A stretch of DNA of 60,902 nt, filler included, from 3 parts of 3 records of this genome joined end to end with filler, not necessarily neighbours in it, one strand, 5' to 3'. Counted from the whole stretch's first letter, positions 11,062 to 21,623 are shown. Numbers and translations: made by a program. Notes: generated by a model not told the origin, from the letters alone.

Positions 11062-11436
11062 TTAGTCTTCTCTGTTGATCTTAACTTTTATTACGCCGTG
11101 GTGCTGGGTTGGTATAATCCCTTCCTGCGTGGTTTGCAGTTTATGAGCGTTCTGCCTGACGAACTCTTTAAGCTGTTCGTTCTGAACCTGAAGCTCATCA
11201 ATCTGATCACGCATGTTGAGTATAACCTCCACTCCGGCAAGGTTTACGCCCATATCCTTAGTTAGTGTGAGGATGAACTTAAGTGTTTCAAGGTCTTCCT
11301 CGGAGTAAAGACGGGTATTTCCCTGAGTCCTTTGTGGGTTTACCAGACCGAGCCTTTCGTACTGTCTGAGTGTTTGGGGATGCAGATCGAGCATCTCCGA
11401 CACTATGCTGATTATGTATAGCGGCTTATTTTTCAT
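11062..11436 (-). CDS. hspR: Heat-shock repressor HspR (MerR family)
   Basis: LHPQTLRQYERLGLVNPQRTQGNTRLYS and GVNLAGVEVIL. Directly downstream of dnaJ. Confidence 0.9.
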   Translation of the reverse strand: MKNKPLYIISIVSEMLDLHPQTLRQYERLGLVNPQRTQGNTRLYSEEDLETLKFILTLTKDMGVNLAGVEVILNMRDQIDELQVQNEQLKEFVRQNAHKLQTTQEGIIPTQHHGVIKVKINRED

Positions 11437-11439
11437 AGC

Positions 11440-12546
11440 TTAAAGCCTCGCTTTTTCGATAAGTTTTTCTCGCTCTCCGGTCATATATTTTTTCTGCATC
11501 TCTTTGAGTGATGCTCTGTCGTCCTCCAGTGCCACTGCTGGTATATTTATCTTTATGACAACATAGAGGTCGCCTGTGATATCCTTTTTTCCTAGGGCTG
11601 GGATACCTTTGTTTTTTATGCGGAATTTTTGCCCAGGCTGAGTTCCCGCAGGGATACTCATATTTATAGTTCCGTAAGGTGTTGGTACGCTAATCTTTTC
11701 GCCTAATGCCGCCTCGAACATATCTACATCGACATTAACGTATACGTTATTACCCTGACGCTCGAAAACTTCGTGGTCAGCTACGTTTGTGATAATGTAC
11801 AGGTCGCCTTGCGGACCGCCGTTTTTACCTGCGTTACCTTTGCCGGGAACCCTGATCTTAGAGTCTTTGTTGACACCTTTCGGTATCTTGACTTTGATCT
11901 TCTCCTGTTTGTTGCTATAGCCTGAGCCACGGCAAACGGTGCATATATTCTGAGTGATTTCACCACTGCCTTTGCATGTTGGGCAGGGGGAAACACCAAA
12001 CATTCCACGCTGCTGGTTTACAGACTGACCTGAGCCGCCACAGGATGTACAGGTGACCTTATCGCCGCCTTTTCCTCCGCATGAGCCGCAACTTTCGGTG
12101 TGGTTGATAGCAAGCTCGTACTCATTACCGAAGACTGCGTCTTTAAATGGAATTGGTACGGTATAATTTATGTCGTCGCCTTTGCGAGGTGCTGTTGATC
12201 GTCTGCTCCTGCCGCCCCCGCCGAAAACATCACCAAATAAATCACCGAAGTCGAAACCTCCGCCGAAATGGTCTTTAATGTCTTCGAAGTTAGAGCCGGA
12301 GAAGTCGTATCCGTGTCCGCCATTTTTGAACGCATCATGACCGAGACTATCGTACTGCTGTTTCTTCTCAGAGTCACTCAGGACGCCATACGCCTCTGAG
12401 ATCTCTTTGAATTTCTCTTCGGCTGCGGAATCACCAGGATTTACATCAGGGTGATATTTCCTCGCCATTTTTCTGTACGCTTTCTTGATCTCATCATCAG
12501 AAGCACCTTTGGTTACTCCTAATATCTCGTAATAGTCTCTTGCCAT
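11440..12546 (-). CDS. dnaJ: Chaperone DnaJ
   Basis: J-domain with HPD, G/F-rich region, four CxxCxGxG repeats, C-terminal domain. Confidence 0.93.
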   Translation of the reverse strand: MARDYYEILGVTKGASDDEIKKAYRKMARKYHPDVNPGDSAAEEKFKEISEAYGVLSDSEKKQQYDSLGHDAFKNGGHGYDFSGSNFEDIKDHFGGGFDFGDLFGDVFGGGGRSRRSTAPRKGDDINYTVPIPFKDAVFGNEYELAINHTESCGSCGGKGGDKVTCTSCGGSGQSVNQQRGMFGVSPCPTCKGSGEITQNICTVCRGSGYSNKQEKIKVKIPKGVNKDSKIRVPGKGNAGKNGGPQGDLYIITNVADHEVFERQGNNVYVNVDVDMFEAALGEKISVPTPYGTINMSIPAGTQPGQKFRIKNKGIPALGKKDITGDLYVVIKINIPAVALEDDRASLKEMQKKYMTGEREKLIEKARL

Positions 12547-12560
12547 TTATTCTGCCTCAT

Positions 12561-12685
12561 AAGCTGATAACGTCAGCTTTTATTCCTTATTTTTATTTCC
12601 GTTGGCTGGTTGATAATGTTTCAGCCGACCAGCGGGAGGTGTAAGACTGGGCAGTATAAACAGTTAGCCCAGTATTGTATCCCGC
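12561..12685 (-). other. Cluster of three hairpins in the hsp20-dnaJ intergenic mRNA
   Basis: aagctga/tcagctt (12561-12579), ccgttggctggttga/tcagccgaccagcgg (12599-12635), actgggc/gcccagt (12646-12673). Confidence 0.55.
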
Positions 12686-12698
12686 CCGTAACTTTTGG

Positions 12699-13136
12699 TT
12701 ACTCGGTTTCTACTTTTATTACTCGTGGTTGAATTTCGCCCTTCTTCTTAAGTGTGACCTTTAGAAGTCCGTCCTTCAGGTTAGCTTTAACGCTACCTAT
12801 ATCGACAGTGTTAGGGATCGCAAACGATCTGCTAAACTTGCCGTATGAACGCTCAAGCCTGTAGAAGTTATCGCTTTCACCATCGATAGGGTACTTCTTT
12901 TCACCTTTCAGGGTGAGTACGCCGTCTGACACCTGAATGTCCATATCTTCCTCTTTCATTCCCGGAAGCTCAGACATTATGACGATCTCTTCCTCGGTTT
13001 CAAAAATGTCAACCGGAGGAAGCCAGTCGCCGTAGTTTCCCTGAGCGTTTTTGCTGAGGGTCTCGTCAAAGATTTTGTTCATCCTGTCGTGCATAGTCAT
13101 AAGGTCCTTAAGTGGGTCCCATCTTACAATAGCCAT
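12699..13136 (-). CDS. Small heat-shock protein (Hsp20/alpha-crystallin)
   Basis: WDP, PPVDIFET, ELPG, ERSYGKFSRSF, GLLKVTL. AAGGAGG RBS. Confidence 0.95.
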   Translation of the reverse strand: MAIVRWDPLKDLMTMHDRMNKIFDETLSKNAQGNYGDWLPPVDIFETEEEIVIMSELPGMKEEDMDIQVSDGVLTLKGEKKYPIDGESDNFYRLERSYGKFSRSFAIPNTVDIGSVKANLKDGLLKVTLKKKGEIQPRVIKVETE

Positions 13137-13171
13137 AGTGTCCTCCTTGTAGTAATCTTGATCATAGTTGC

Positions 13172-13201
13172 AATATAAGACTTGAGTCGGCTCATGTCAA
13201 G
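13172..13201 (-). promoter_or_regulatory. Sigma70 promoter of hsp20 overlapped by a HAIR (HspR) operator
   Basis: Minus strand TTGACA-17 nt-TATATT. Plus strand 13181-13201 CTTGAGT-N7-TGTCAAG matches HAIR CTTGAGT-N7-ACTCAAG at 12 of 14 positions. Confidence 0.82.
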
Positions 13202-13284
13202 TTACTTTATGCAAAATTAATTAAGAACTATTACTGTCTCTTTTCTGTCTTGATATTAAATCTATGTGAGAGTATGTTTTTTTA

Positions 13285-14118
13285 ATGCGGCTAACATTTA
13301 TTTTCTTCGTTTTAATATCTGTTGTACTTCACTTCCTTGTTATCATTCAGGTTGACCTTACTCCGCCTGTTAAAGATAAGAAGGAGCCTGTCAGTGTGTC
13401 TGTTATTAAGAAGAAAAAGCCAACCCCTCCTGAGCTCGAACCTGAGCAGAAACAAGCACCTAAGCCTCCTAAAGAGATTAGAGAAGAGGATATACCTCCT
13501 TTGGATGAGGAACTTGAGACTGACGTTAACCAGCTTGAGGCTGTTCCTTCTGAGAGTTCGCATGATGAGCCTAAAGAGAAGAAAGCTGATGAACCGGGTA
13601 ATGCTGCTCCTGACCAGCCGGAGGAGTCAGACACTCAGGCTATCGAACAACAGGTGGAAGCACCAGTTGAGCTTCCGAAGGTTCAGGCACCTAAAAAGCT
13701 GACTAAGGAAGAGCTGGAGGATATGTTGAGATCTCAGGATGTAATTGATAAGTACGCAAGAGAGGGTGGCTCTCCTGATGGTGAAGATTACGTCTCGATG
13801 CAGTATGTTAAGATTAAATATCAGTCATATTTTTATAAATTTTCCAGACGTTTATATCAGGTTTGGTCTTATCCTAGAGGTTCCGCTTTCAGAGGGGAGC
13901 AGGGTACTGTGCGTATCTCCTTCACTATCTCTCGAAATGGGATGATATCCGGTGTAAATGTCTTGCAGTCCAGCGGGTATCCTGATCTTGATAAAGAGGC
14001 AGTTATGGCGCTTAAGAAGACCGCTGGTGTGCCTCTCCCAAAATCATACGAGCTGAACTTTCTTAAAGTTGACGCCTACTTCAAATATATCCTTAATAAA
14101 GGCTTCGTCGTCTACTGA
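13285..14118 (+). CDS. TonB-family energy transducer
   Basis: N-terminal TM with SVVLH, Pro/Glu/Lys linker, YP...GEQGTV...SSGYPDLD TonB_C domain. Confidence 0.85.
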   Translation: MRLTFIFFVLISVVLHFLVIIQVDLTPPVKDKKEPVSVSVIKKKKPTPPELEPEQKQAPKPPKEIREEDIPPLDEELETDVNQLEAVPSESSHDEPKEKKADEPGNAAPDQPEESDTQAIEQQVEAPVELPKVQAPKKLTKEELEDMLRSQDVIDKYAREGGSPDGEDYVSMQYVKIKYQSYFYKFSRRLYQVWSYPRGSAFRGEQGTVRISFTISRNGMISGVNVLQSSGYPDLDKEAVMALKKTAGVPLPKSYELNFLKVDAYFKYILNKGFVVY

Positions 14119-14381
14119 GCAGGCTCAGCAGCCTGTGGCATATCACGATACTTTGAATATATGTCTAGCGCTTCGTTTTGCGCCTCATGCTATTCGGCTA
14201 CTAAGGCTGTGAAAATATTATGAGTGCCTTACCTTGCTGCTCCCGCTGGTCACTTAATAAATTAATACATTACTGCGAGGGACTTCGATAATGCTCGCAA
14301 TAACTAAATAAGGCGAGAGAAGCGAGCCGTAAAGCGTTTCAGCACAAACAATCAACCCACTTAACAATTCGCCTCAGGGTG

Positions 14382-14732
14382 CTAGCGCTCCTCGGGGTGG
14401 ATGTATGAAACCACCATGTCGATAATAATGATTATCACAGAGAGTATATTTGCCACAGCCGCACCAACTGCAAGCCCTGTCACCAGTGAAGATGTAGACC
14501 CTGAAAAGTATAATATAGCCGCAGGTATAAGGTGCAGGTCAGAGATAAACGCAGTTGCGAGAAGCTCTGCCGCAAGAAACTTTTTAATGTTGAATTTCAA
14601 TACGGTAGCTATAAGGTTAACGCCGATAGCTATCACAAGCTGGTAAGGGTCTCCACTAACGAGGAAGCCGATGTTACTTGTAAGTGCCAGAAATATAAAG
14701 AGGTCGGACCAGACCTTTCCCCATTGAATCAT
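14382..14732 (-). CDS. Small membrane protein (DUF6394-like), coupled to the K+ channel gene
   Basis: MIQWGKV..LFIFLALTSN, NLIATVLK, SDLHLIPA. 4-nt overlap with the channel gene. Confidence 0.6.
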   Translation of the reverse strand: MIQWGKVWSDLFIFLALTSNIGFLVSGDPYQLVIAIGVNLIATVLKFNIKKFLAAELLATAFISDLHLIPAAILYFSGSTSSLVTGLAVGAAVANILSVIIIIIDMVVSYIHPEER

Positions 14733-15859
14733 TTTATTTCTCCTTTAGCGTATTCTACTACTGTTTTAAGCTGTTTTGGTGTGCCGAGGACAATTAGCGA
14801 GGTGTCAGCAGCAAGCACTGTATCTTTATCCGGTATGGTGTTGATTTTACCATTTGCATCAACAGTTGCGATGATGTTAGTGCCTGTTTTATCTTTGAAT
14901 CCGGATGTAGCTATCGTTTTTCCTGAAAAGATAGATTGTTCGTAAATCTTAACTTCTACAATGTCTATGTTGCTCTTCTCCCCGTATGCCACAAGGTCGA
15001 GGAAACTGCTCATTGCCGGTGACGGCGGATGGATAGCGTAAGATGTGATTCGTCTGCCGGTTGTCACAGCAGGGACAATAACTTCGTTAGCGCCGAGTAG
15101 CTTCATCTTTTCAGAGTCCATCTCAGTGGTACTGGTTGAGAAGATGTGATACTCATCGAGGTTTGGCATGATGAGCCTCGCCGTAACTATGATGGCGATG
15201 TCGAGAGTGTCGTCGTCAAAGGTTGTTATGAGACCTTTTGAATCTGTGATAAATAATCCGAGGAGCACGTCACGCCTTTGCGCCTGAGCTATAGCGTAGT
15301 ATTCAACGCCAAATTCGATTATCTCCTGCCTTAGTTTTTCATCCGGCTCCAGCAGGATAAAAGGTATGTCACGCTTGATAAAGCTCCGCATGATCTCTTT
15401 GGAGGTTTCGTTGAAACCGCATATTATGTAATGATCTTTTATGTGTTCCATCTTGCTGTACATCCTCCAGTGCTGAAATTTATTTTTTATATCACCTTGT
15501 AAAATGACCTGAACTGTAGCCGCCAGACCGTAAAAGTATACAAGGGGGAAGGCTATCATGAGGAATATGGCTGTCACCATTCTGTTCATGGTGATATTGT
15601 CTGTGTATCCTTCTGTATATCCGATGGTTGTGAAAGTTATAATTGTGTGAAAGAGATAGTTGGCAACGCTCTCCCCGTCAGTTCGACCGTTTATAATCAT
15701 CATAACAAGGACATACAGCGTTGTGAAAAATATTACTGTCATCAGAGGGAAACGGAGGTCGCTTAAAACATTATAAAGCTGTTTTTCATACTGGTATTTA
15801 AAGCTTACAGCCTGAACATTGCCGTACTGTTTCTTCTGAGTGCTCAAATAAAACTCCAT
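14729..15859 (-). CDS. Potassium channel family protein with RCK (TrkA-N/TrkA-C) domains
   Basis: 2TM pore with TFTTIGYTE filter; HYIICGF RCK-N; C-terminal RCK-C. Confidence 0.85.
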   Translation of the reverse strand: MEFYLSTQKKQYGNVQAVSFKYQYEKQLYNVLSDLRFPLMTVIFFTTLYVLVMMIINGRTDGESVANYLFHTIITFTTIGYTEGYTDNITMNRMVTAIFLMIAFPLVYFYGLAATVQVILQGDIKNKFQHWRMYSKMEHIKDHYIICGFNETSKEIMRSFIKRDIPFILLEPDEKLRQEIIEFGVEYYAIAQAQRRDVLLGLFITDSKGLITTFDDDTLDIAIIVTARLIMPNLDEYHIFSTSTTEMDSEKMKLLGANEVIVPAVTTGRRITSYAIHPPSPAMSSFLDLVAYGEKSNIDIVEVKIYEQSIFSGKTIATSGFKDKTGTNIIATVDANGKINTIPDKDTVLAADTSLIVLGTPKQLKTVVEYAKGEIK

Positions 15860-15976
15860 GAAAACTATGTATCAAGTATTTGTCAAAGGATTGATAGCTG
15901 GCTAACTCTGTCTTGACAATCACTTCTACAGAATACTAACATACTATATCACATCTTAACACTCGGAGTTACATAT

Positions 15977-17380
15977 ATGGCACCTCGCAAAGTTAAAAAT
16001 TTCATAATCGATACCAATGTAATCCTTTATTCTCCCAACTGTATAGAAACCTTTGACAACAACAACATAGTTCTTCCCGCTGTAGTGCTGGAAGAGGTGG
16101 ATTCTTTTAAGAAAAATGTAGACCTTAACGGCTATAACGCAAGACAGTTCATCAGAATAGTTGAACAGTACAGAGAGGAGAGAGGGGACCTCTTAAAAGG
16201 TGTACCACTTGAATCCGGTGGAAAATTCAGCATCAGATTTCAGGATGAGAGTACAAAAGCTATCATCCCTGCTGGTTTTGATATCAGTAAAAATGACAAC
16301 ATCATCCTCGCTATCGCTATGCAGGTTAAGAAGGAATCGAGAAAACCTACGGTAATCGTTTCCAAAGACGTAAACCTCAGAATCAAAGCGAATGCTATGG
16401 GGCTTGATGCTGAAGATTACTATCATGAAAAAAGCACCTCATTCATTGAACAGCATGACGACACTCTTTTTGTGCCGGACGAATACATAGATACACTTTA
16501 TCAGGAGAAGGAACTCCCTTGTCCTACAGGTGTTTATAGGCAGGATGAAGAGGTATTTGCCCCAAGGGTTAACGAATATTTCATCCTGAAAGGTCAGGTG
16601 AACAATCAGAAGAGCGCACTCGCCAGATATGTAGGGAACGGAACTGACGACACTGGAGTTTTCAGGCTTCTTCATCACGGTGAGCCTATCCTCGGTATTA
16701 CACCTGCGAACAGGAAGCAGATTTACCTAATGGATTCGCTCCTTGATCCGGATATTGATATAGTTTTTGCGATAGGTATCGCTGGTACAGGTAAAACTCT
16801 GCTCGCTCTTTGCGCAGGACTTCACTCTGTTCTCAATGACAAGTTTAAGAGACTCATTGTTACGAGATCACCAATCCCTATGGGGCGTGATATAGGTTAT
16901 CTGCCGGGGAGTATCGCTGATAAGCTCGATCCTTGGTTAAAGCCTATTTACGATAATATGGAGTTTATCGTTCACATGATGGATAAAGGGAAGCTTGAGA
17001 CCAAAGATGAGTATCTCTCTAAATCACAAATGCACGATGCGACTATAGATTATCTTAAATCTTCGAAAATGCTCGAGATTGAAGCTCTGACATACATCAG
17101 AGGACGTACACTTATGGACACTTATCTTGTGATAGATGAGTCGCAGAACCTAAGCCCTCATGAGATCAAAACTATCATTACAAGAGCAGGGATAAACTCT
17201 AAGCTTGTCTTTACAGGCGACCTTAAACAGATAGACAACCCTTATTTAAACGAGAGGGATAATGGTCTTGTAAGTGCTTCTGAGAAGTTCACTTACGCCA
17301 GATTTAAGCATGCATCGACTATATATCTTGATAAAGGAGAGCGGAGCAGACTTGCCTCTGTAGCGGCAGAAATACTGTAA
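15977..17380 (+). CDS. PIN-domain PhoH-family ATPase (PhoH2/YlaK-like)
   Basis: IIDTNV PIN start, NDNIIL, SKDVNLR; GIAGTGKT, YIRGRT, DESQN, GDLKQID. Confidence 0.92.
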   Translation: MAPRKVKNFIIDTNVILYSPNCIETFDNNNIVLPAVVLEEVDSFKKNVDLNGYNARQFIRIVEQYREERGDLLKGVPLESGGKFSIRFQDESTKAIIPAGFDISKNDNIILAIAMQVKKESRKPTVIVSKDVNLRIKANAMGLDAEDYYHEKSTSFIEQHDDTLFVPDEYIDTLYQEKELPCPTGVYRQDEEVFAPRVNEYFILKGQVNNQKSALARYVGNGTDDTGVFRLLHHGEPILGITPANRKQIYLMDSLLDPDIDIVFAIGIAGTGKTLLALCAGLHSVLNDKFKRLIVTRSPIPMGRDIGYLPGSIADKLDPWLKPIYDNMEFIVHMMDKGKLETKDEYLSKSQMHDATIDYLKSSKMLEIEALTYIRGRTLMDTYLVIDESQNLSPHEIKTIITRAGINSKLVFTGDLKQIDNPYLNERDNGLVSASEKFTYARFKHASTIYLDKGERSRLASVAAEIL

Positions 17381-17481
17381 AGTTATGATTTTATATTTGT
17401 GAAAGTTTTGTTATAGTACCAGTTAGGTTAAATACACAAATATAGTTTTGCTGTGGTGTACACACAATGTTGGAGGAATCT

Positions 17482-19434
17482 ATGTCGTCAGGCAAAAAGA
17501 GGACTATTGCGAGCAAATTTCTTGCTCCGATGGTGCTCGTTATTATTTTGACAATTCTCGTTATTGTCATTTATTCGTTTAGCGTGATAAAGAAAATTCA
17601 GACGAGTGTTTATCAGAAAGAGACGCTCGCTATGACATCCAGAATGGATGAGACGATCACATCGGCACTTGATATCTGTTTAACAAACTCTATTACTCTC
17701 TCTGCGAATACTGCTCTTGTAGATGCGCTTGTTCTGAGAGATGATGTTGCTGCGCTTGAGATATTAAGTAAAGTTTCAGATAATCTTTCAGATATGTTCG
17801 GTCATGATTTTAAGATTCATATGCACACAGAGGATGTAAAAAGCTTCCTTCGAGCGTGGAATCCTGAGAAAAATGGCGATGATCTTAGCGGGTTCAGAAG
17901 CACAATTCTCAAAGTTAAAGAGACTAAGAATGTTGTCTCCGCTTTTGAAATCGGACGTGCAGGTCTTACGTTGCGCGGTCTGTCCCCTATGATGCAGATG
18001 GAGGACTACTATGTTGGTTCTCTTGAGGTTATGCTTTCCAGCGATGTGGTTGTTGAAAATTCAGATATTAACTCGGGTTATTACGTTCTTGTCGGTATCA
18101 AGCAGGATATGATAAAGAAGGATGCGCCGGTTGTTAATGGATATAAAATTATGTCTAACGACCTTACAAATAAAGCTTTTTATGATGAGTTTCTCGTTGC
18201 TCCTGAAGAAGTATTTTCAACAGGTAATAAGTTTTTTGAAACCCCTAGCTATTTTGGTAGCAGATATCCTATCCTTGACCTCGGCGGAAATGAGATAGGG
18301 ATGTTTTATATAGCTAAGGATATTGGGCTTGTTCACGCAGAAATTGCAGCAGCAGAAAGACTTGCAATTACTCAGATAGTTATGACACTAATCGGTTTTG
18401 GCTTAATAGTTGTTCTTATGATCGTTTTGCTGAAACTTGTTATTACAAAGAAACTTAAGTCGCTTATTGACACTACTTTCGACCTTGCGGAAGGTGATGG
18501 TGACCTCACTAAGCGTATAGATATGATCACCAATGATGAATTTGAGACAGCTTCAGAAAATATGAACCGCTTCATAGAGAAAGTTCAGGGTACTGTTCAG
18601 ACATCTATCGATGGAATGCACGATACAGTTAGTGCGAGCGAACAGCTTTCGTCTACGTCGTCTACGCTCTCAGGCAATATTGCGACACAGACTGAAAGAG
18701 TAGAGCAGAGTAGTGCTCTTGTTACTGAAGTAGCTGATAGCCTTGATAAAACAGAAGAACTGGCAGTTACCACTACTGAGGTTCTTGAGAGAGGGCGTGA
18801 CAGCCTTCAGGAGCTTGTAAGCTCTATGGATGATGTAGTGGAAAGGATTGTTGCAGATAGCGAATCACAGCTTAAAATGGCTGATGATATGCAGAATCTC
18901 AACGATCAGGCGAAGCAGATTCAGGATGTTCTGAGCATCATTTCTGATATCGCAGACCAGACTAACCTGCTTGCGCTTAACGCTTCTATTGAGGCGGCGA
19001 GAGCTGGTGAGCACGGTCGGGGCTTTGCTGTTGTTGCTGATGAAGTTAGAAAGCTCGCCGAGAGAACACAGACCTCTCTTGCGGATATAAGCAAAAGCAC
19101 AAATCAGATTGTAAGCAGTATCGGGGATGCATCAACATCTATTACAGATGTTTCAGAGAGTATGCGCGATGCTTCGGAAAAATCGAAAGAACTTGTGACA
19201 TTAGCTGACGATACAAGTGTTAAGCTTGATGAAACAGTTTCTGTCTCTTCTGAAATGGTGAAGATGACAACCTTTATTGCAACAAAGACGAAAGATATGA
19301 TTTCAGCTATGGACGAAGTTATGAACCTCTCGCTTGAAAACTCACAAGCAGGTCAGAGTGTTGAAGAGGTTGCAGGTTCGCTTGCTGAAAAGTCTAGTGT
19401 TGTTTCTGAGCAACTTAAGAGATTTAAAGTGTAG
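17482..19434 (+). CDS. Methyl-accepting chemotaxis protein (Cache sensor, HAMP)
   Basis: Two TMs, [42 protein letters not shown] hairpin. GGAGG before ATG 17482. Confidence 0.95.
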   Translation: MSSGKKRTIASKFLAPMVLVIILTILVIVIYSFSVIKKIQTSVYQKETLAMTSRMDETITSALDICLTNSITLSANTALVDALVLRDDVAALEILSKVSDNLSDMFGHDFKIHMHTEDVKSFLRAWNPEKNGDDLSGFRSTILKVKETKNVVSAFEIGRAGLTLRGLSPMMQMEDYYVGSLEVMLSSDVVVENSDINSGYYVLVGIKQDMIKKDAPVVNGYKIMSNDLTNKAFYDEFLVAPEEVFSTGNKFFETPSYFGSRYPILDLGGNEIGMFYIAKDIGLVHAEIAAAERLAITQIVMTLIGFGLIVVLMIVLLKLVITKKLKSLIDTTFDLAEGDGDLTKRIDMITNDEFETASENMNRFIEKVQGTVQTSIDGMHDTVSASEQLSSTSSTLSGNIATQTERVEQSSALVTEVADSLDKTEELAVTTTEVLERGRDSLQELVSSMDDVVERIVADSESQLKMADDMQNLNDQAKQIQDVLSIISDIADQTNLLALNASIEAARAGEHGRGFAVVADEVRKLAERTQTSLADISKSTNQIVSSIGDASTSITDVSESMRDASEKSKELVTLADDTSVKLDETVSVSSEMVKMTTFIATKTKDMISAMDEVMNLSLENSQAGQSVEEVAGSLAEKSSVVSEQLKRFKV

Positions 19435-19443
19435 GAGAACTAT

Positions 19444-19737
19444 ATGGAAATCAGGGTCGTTGGGGGAAATACTATTGAGATTAAAGGGAATATAAAATCT
19501 CTTGAGGATTATGGATTAATTAAAGAAACTTCAGCCAGAATCTTATTAGAAGGACACACTGAGGTGACATTTGATATATTAGATTCCATGTCTATGGTCT
19601 CATCAGTTATAGGGCATATTCTGAAAATGATCAATCTGGACAAGGTAAAAGTTCGGGTTAATGTTTGGGATGAACGCTTATACAGTTTACTTGACCAGCT
19701 GGCTCTGGTTCAGGTATTTCATGTAACTAAAAAATAG
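19444..19737 (+). CDS. Small STAS-like hypothetical protein
   Basis: IKGNIK...DSMSMVSSVIG pattern resembles a STAS fold. AGGAG RBS right after the MCP stop. Confidence 0.55.
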   Translation: MEIRVVGGNTIEIKGNIKSLEDYGLIKETSARILLEGHTEVTFDILDSMSMVSSVIGHILKMINLDKVKVRVNVWDERLYSLLDQLALVQVFHVTKK

Positions 19738-19747
19738 ATAATAGTTT

Positions 19748-19770
19748 AAGGGGCTTAGAGGCCCCTTTTT
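19748..19770 (+). terminator. Rho-independent terminator
   Basis: aaggggc / gcccctt stem with T-run. Confidence 0.7.
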
Positions 19771-19786
19771 CTTTCATAGGTATTGT

Positions 19787-21622
19787 ATGATCAGTATAGA
19801 AAACATGTCGAAAGGGTTCGGTGCTAGAACTCTTTTTAAAGATATTAATTTCCGAATAAATTCTGGTGAAAAGGTAGGGCTGATCGGTCGTAACGGACAC
19901 GGTAAGACTACTCTTATGCGCATCTTAACTGGTGAGCAGGAACAGGATGAAGGCCGCATGAGCACTCCTAAGAATTACCGTATTGGCTACCTTCAGCAGC
20001 AGATAGCATTCCAGAAAGAAACCGCCGTTGAAGAGGCCGCTCTTGGTCTTCCTGATGGCATGAAGGATGACGTCTGGCGTGCTGAAAAGATTTTATCCGG
20101 TCTTGGCTTTTCAGAAGAGGATTTTCAAAAGCACCCTTCAGAATTTTCGGGTGGATATCAGGTGAGGCTTAATCTGGTTAAGCTGCTCCTTTCAGAGCCG
20201 GATCTACTTATGCTAGATGAGCCGACTAACTATCTCGACATTACCTCTATCCGGTGGCTTGAGGATTTTTTACTCAAGTGGAGCGGAGAGCTTATACTGA
20301 TTACACACGACAGGTCCTTTATGGACAGTGTTGTGACACATATATTAGGTATCCACAGGCATAAAGTTAAAAAGATTACCGGAACCACTGAAAAGTTTTA
20401 TGAGCAGGTGGCGATGGAAGAAGAGATATACGAGAAGACACGCCAGAACGATGAGCAGAAGCGGAAAGAGATCGAAACTTTTATCAACCGCTTTAAATCT
20501 AAAGCGACTCTCGCAAGCAGGGCACAGTCGAGAGTTAAGATGCTTGAAAAGATGGGCAAGAAGGACAAACTCGAGGCTGTGGACGACCTTGAATTCAAGT
20601 TTAACCATACGCCTATAAGGTCGAAAGAGCTTATCACTGCTAAGAATATATCGTTTGGCTACGAAGCGGGTAAGCAGCTTATAAAAGATTTTAATATAAC
20701 TATCGGTGCTAACGAGAAGATATGCATTATAGGTAAAAATGGTAAGGGTAAGACCACCCTCCTCAAAATTATCTCAGGAATGCTCAAGGCGAATGAGGGC
20801 GAGATATCTCCCCACTCAAACCTTCAGGCTGCGATTTACGAGCAGACAAACATTCTTCGGCTCGGGGCAAATAACAGCATAGAGCAGGAGCTTATCGAAA
20901 CCGACACCGTTGTTGATAAACAGATGGCAAGGGATGCAGCGGGAACCATGATGTTTACTGGCGATGATGCCCTTAAGAAGATTTCTGTCCTATCAGGTGG
21001 AGAGAAAAGTAGGGTTATGCTTGCGAAAACGATCCTTAAACCAGCGAATATACTCTTTCTTGATGAGCCGACTAACCATCTTGATATGCAGGCGTGTGAC
21101 TCTCTTTTAGGAGCTATCGACGAGTTCAAAGGGTCTGTTGTGATGGTCACTCACAATGAGATGTTTTTAAGCACTTTTGCGGAGAGGCTGATAGTTTTCA
21201 GGAATGACAAGGTCGAAGTTTTCGAAGGCGGCTATCAGGATTTTCTGGAAAAAGTTGGCTGGGGTGATGAGGATGAGAAACCTCAGTCTGTTCCAACAAA
21301 TTCTATGAATAAAAAAGAGCTAAGAAAGCTTAGAGCTGATATAATTGCAGAGAAGAATAAAATTCTTAAACCTATAGAGAGTAAAGTTAAAAAGCTTGAA
21401 AAAGAGATTGAGGAGACTGAAATTAAAATAGGTGGGCTGAATGAAAAGCTCATTGAAGCATCTAATAGTGGTGACGCAGAGGCTATAGCTAAATGTTCTA
21501 AGGAGCTTGACGAGGCGAAGGAATTTGCTGATACAGGGCTTGAGAAACTGCTTGAGCTTACTGAGGAGCTGGAGAAAAAGACGGTCACCTACGAGGATAA
21601 ACTTAACAAAATTGGAGGTTAA
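19787..21622 (+). CDS. ABC-F family ATPase (YheS/Uup-like)
   Basis: Two ABC cassettes (GRNGHGKT, GKNGKGKT, LDEPTN), no TM, coiled-coil tail. Confidence 0.93.
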   Translation: MISIENMSKGFGARTLFKDINFRINSGEKVGLIGRNGHGKTTLMRILTGEQEQDEGRMSTPKNYRIGYLQQQIAFQKETAVEEAALGLPDGMKDDVWRAEKILSGLGFSEEDFQKHPSEFSGGYQVRLNLVKLLLSEPDLLMLDEPTNYLDITSIRWLEDFLLKWSGELILITHDRSFMDSVVTHILGIHRHKVKKITGTTEKFYEQVAMEEEIYEKTRQNDEQKRKEIETFINRFKSKATLASRAQSRVKMLEKMGKKDKLEAVDDLEFKFNHTPIRSKELITAKNISFGYEAGKQLIKDFNITIGANEKICIIGKNGKGKTTLLKIISGMLKANEGEISPHSNLQAAIYEQTNILRLGANNSIEQELIETDTVVDKQMARDAAGTMMFTGDDALKKISVLSGGEKSRVMLAKTILKPANILFLDEPTNHLDMQACDSLLGAIDEFKGSVVMVTHNEMFLSTFAERLIVFRNDKVEVFEGGYQDFLEKVGWGDEDEKPQSVPTNSMNKKELRKLRADIIAEKNKILKPIESKVKKLEKEIEETEIKIGGLNEKLIEASNSGDAEAIAKCSKELDEAKEFADTGLEKLLELTEELEKKTVTYEDKLNKIGG

Positions 21623-21623
21623 G

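Noticed and set aside
13157-13179. Second HAIR-like site near the hsp20 -10
   Set aside because: Only one weak half-site (CTTGATC) with the wrong spacing.
15977-17380. PIN-PhoH as a toxin-antitoxin toxin
   Set aside because: No small upstream antitoxin ORF; it matches the widespread standalone PhoH2/YlaK type.
21507-21623. N-terminal extension of the phasin-like ORF
   Set aside because: It overlaps ABC-F, and the GGAGG RBS supports ATG 21624.
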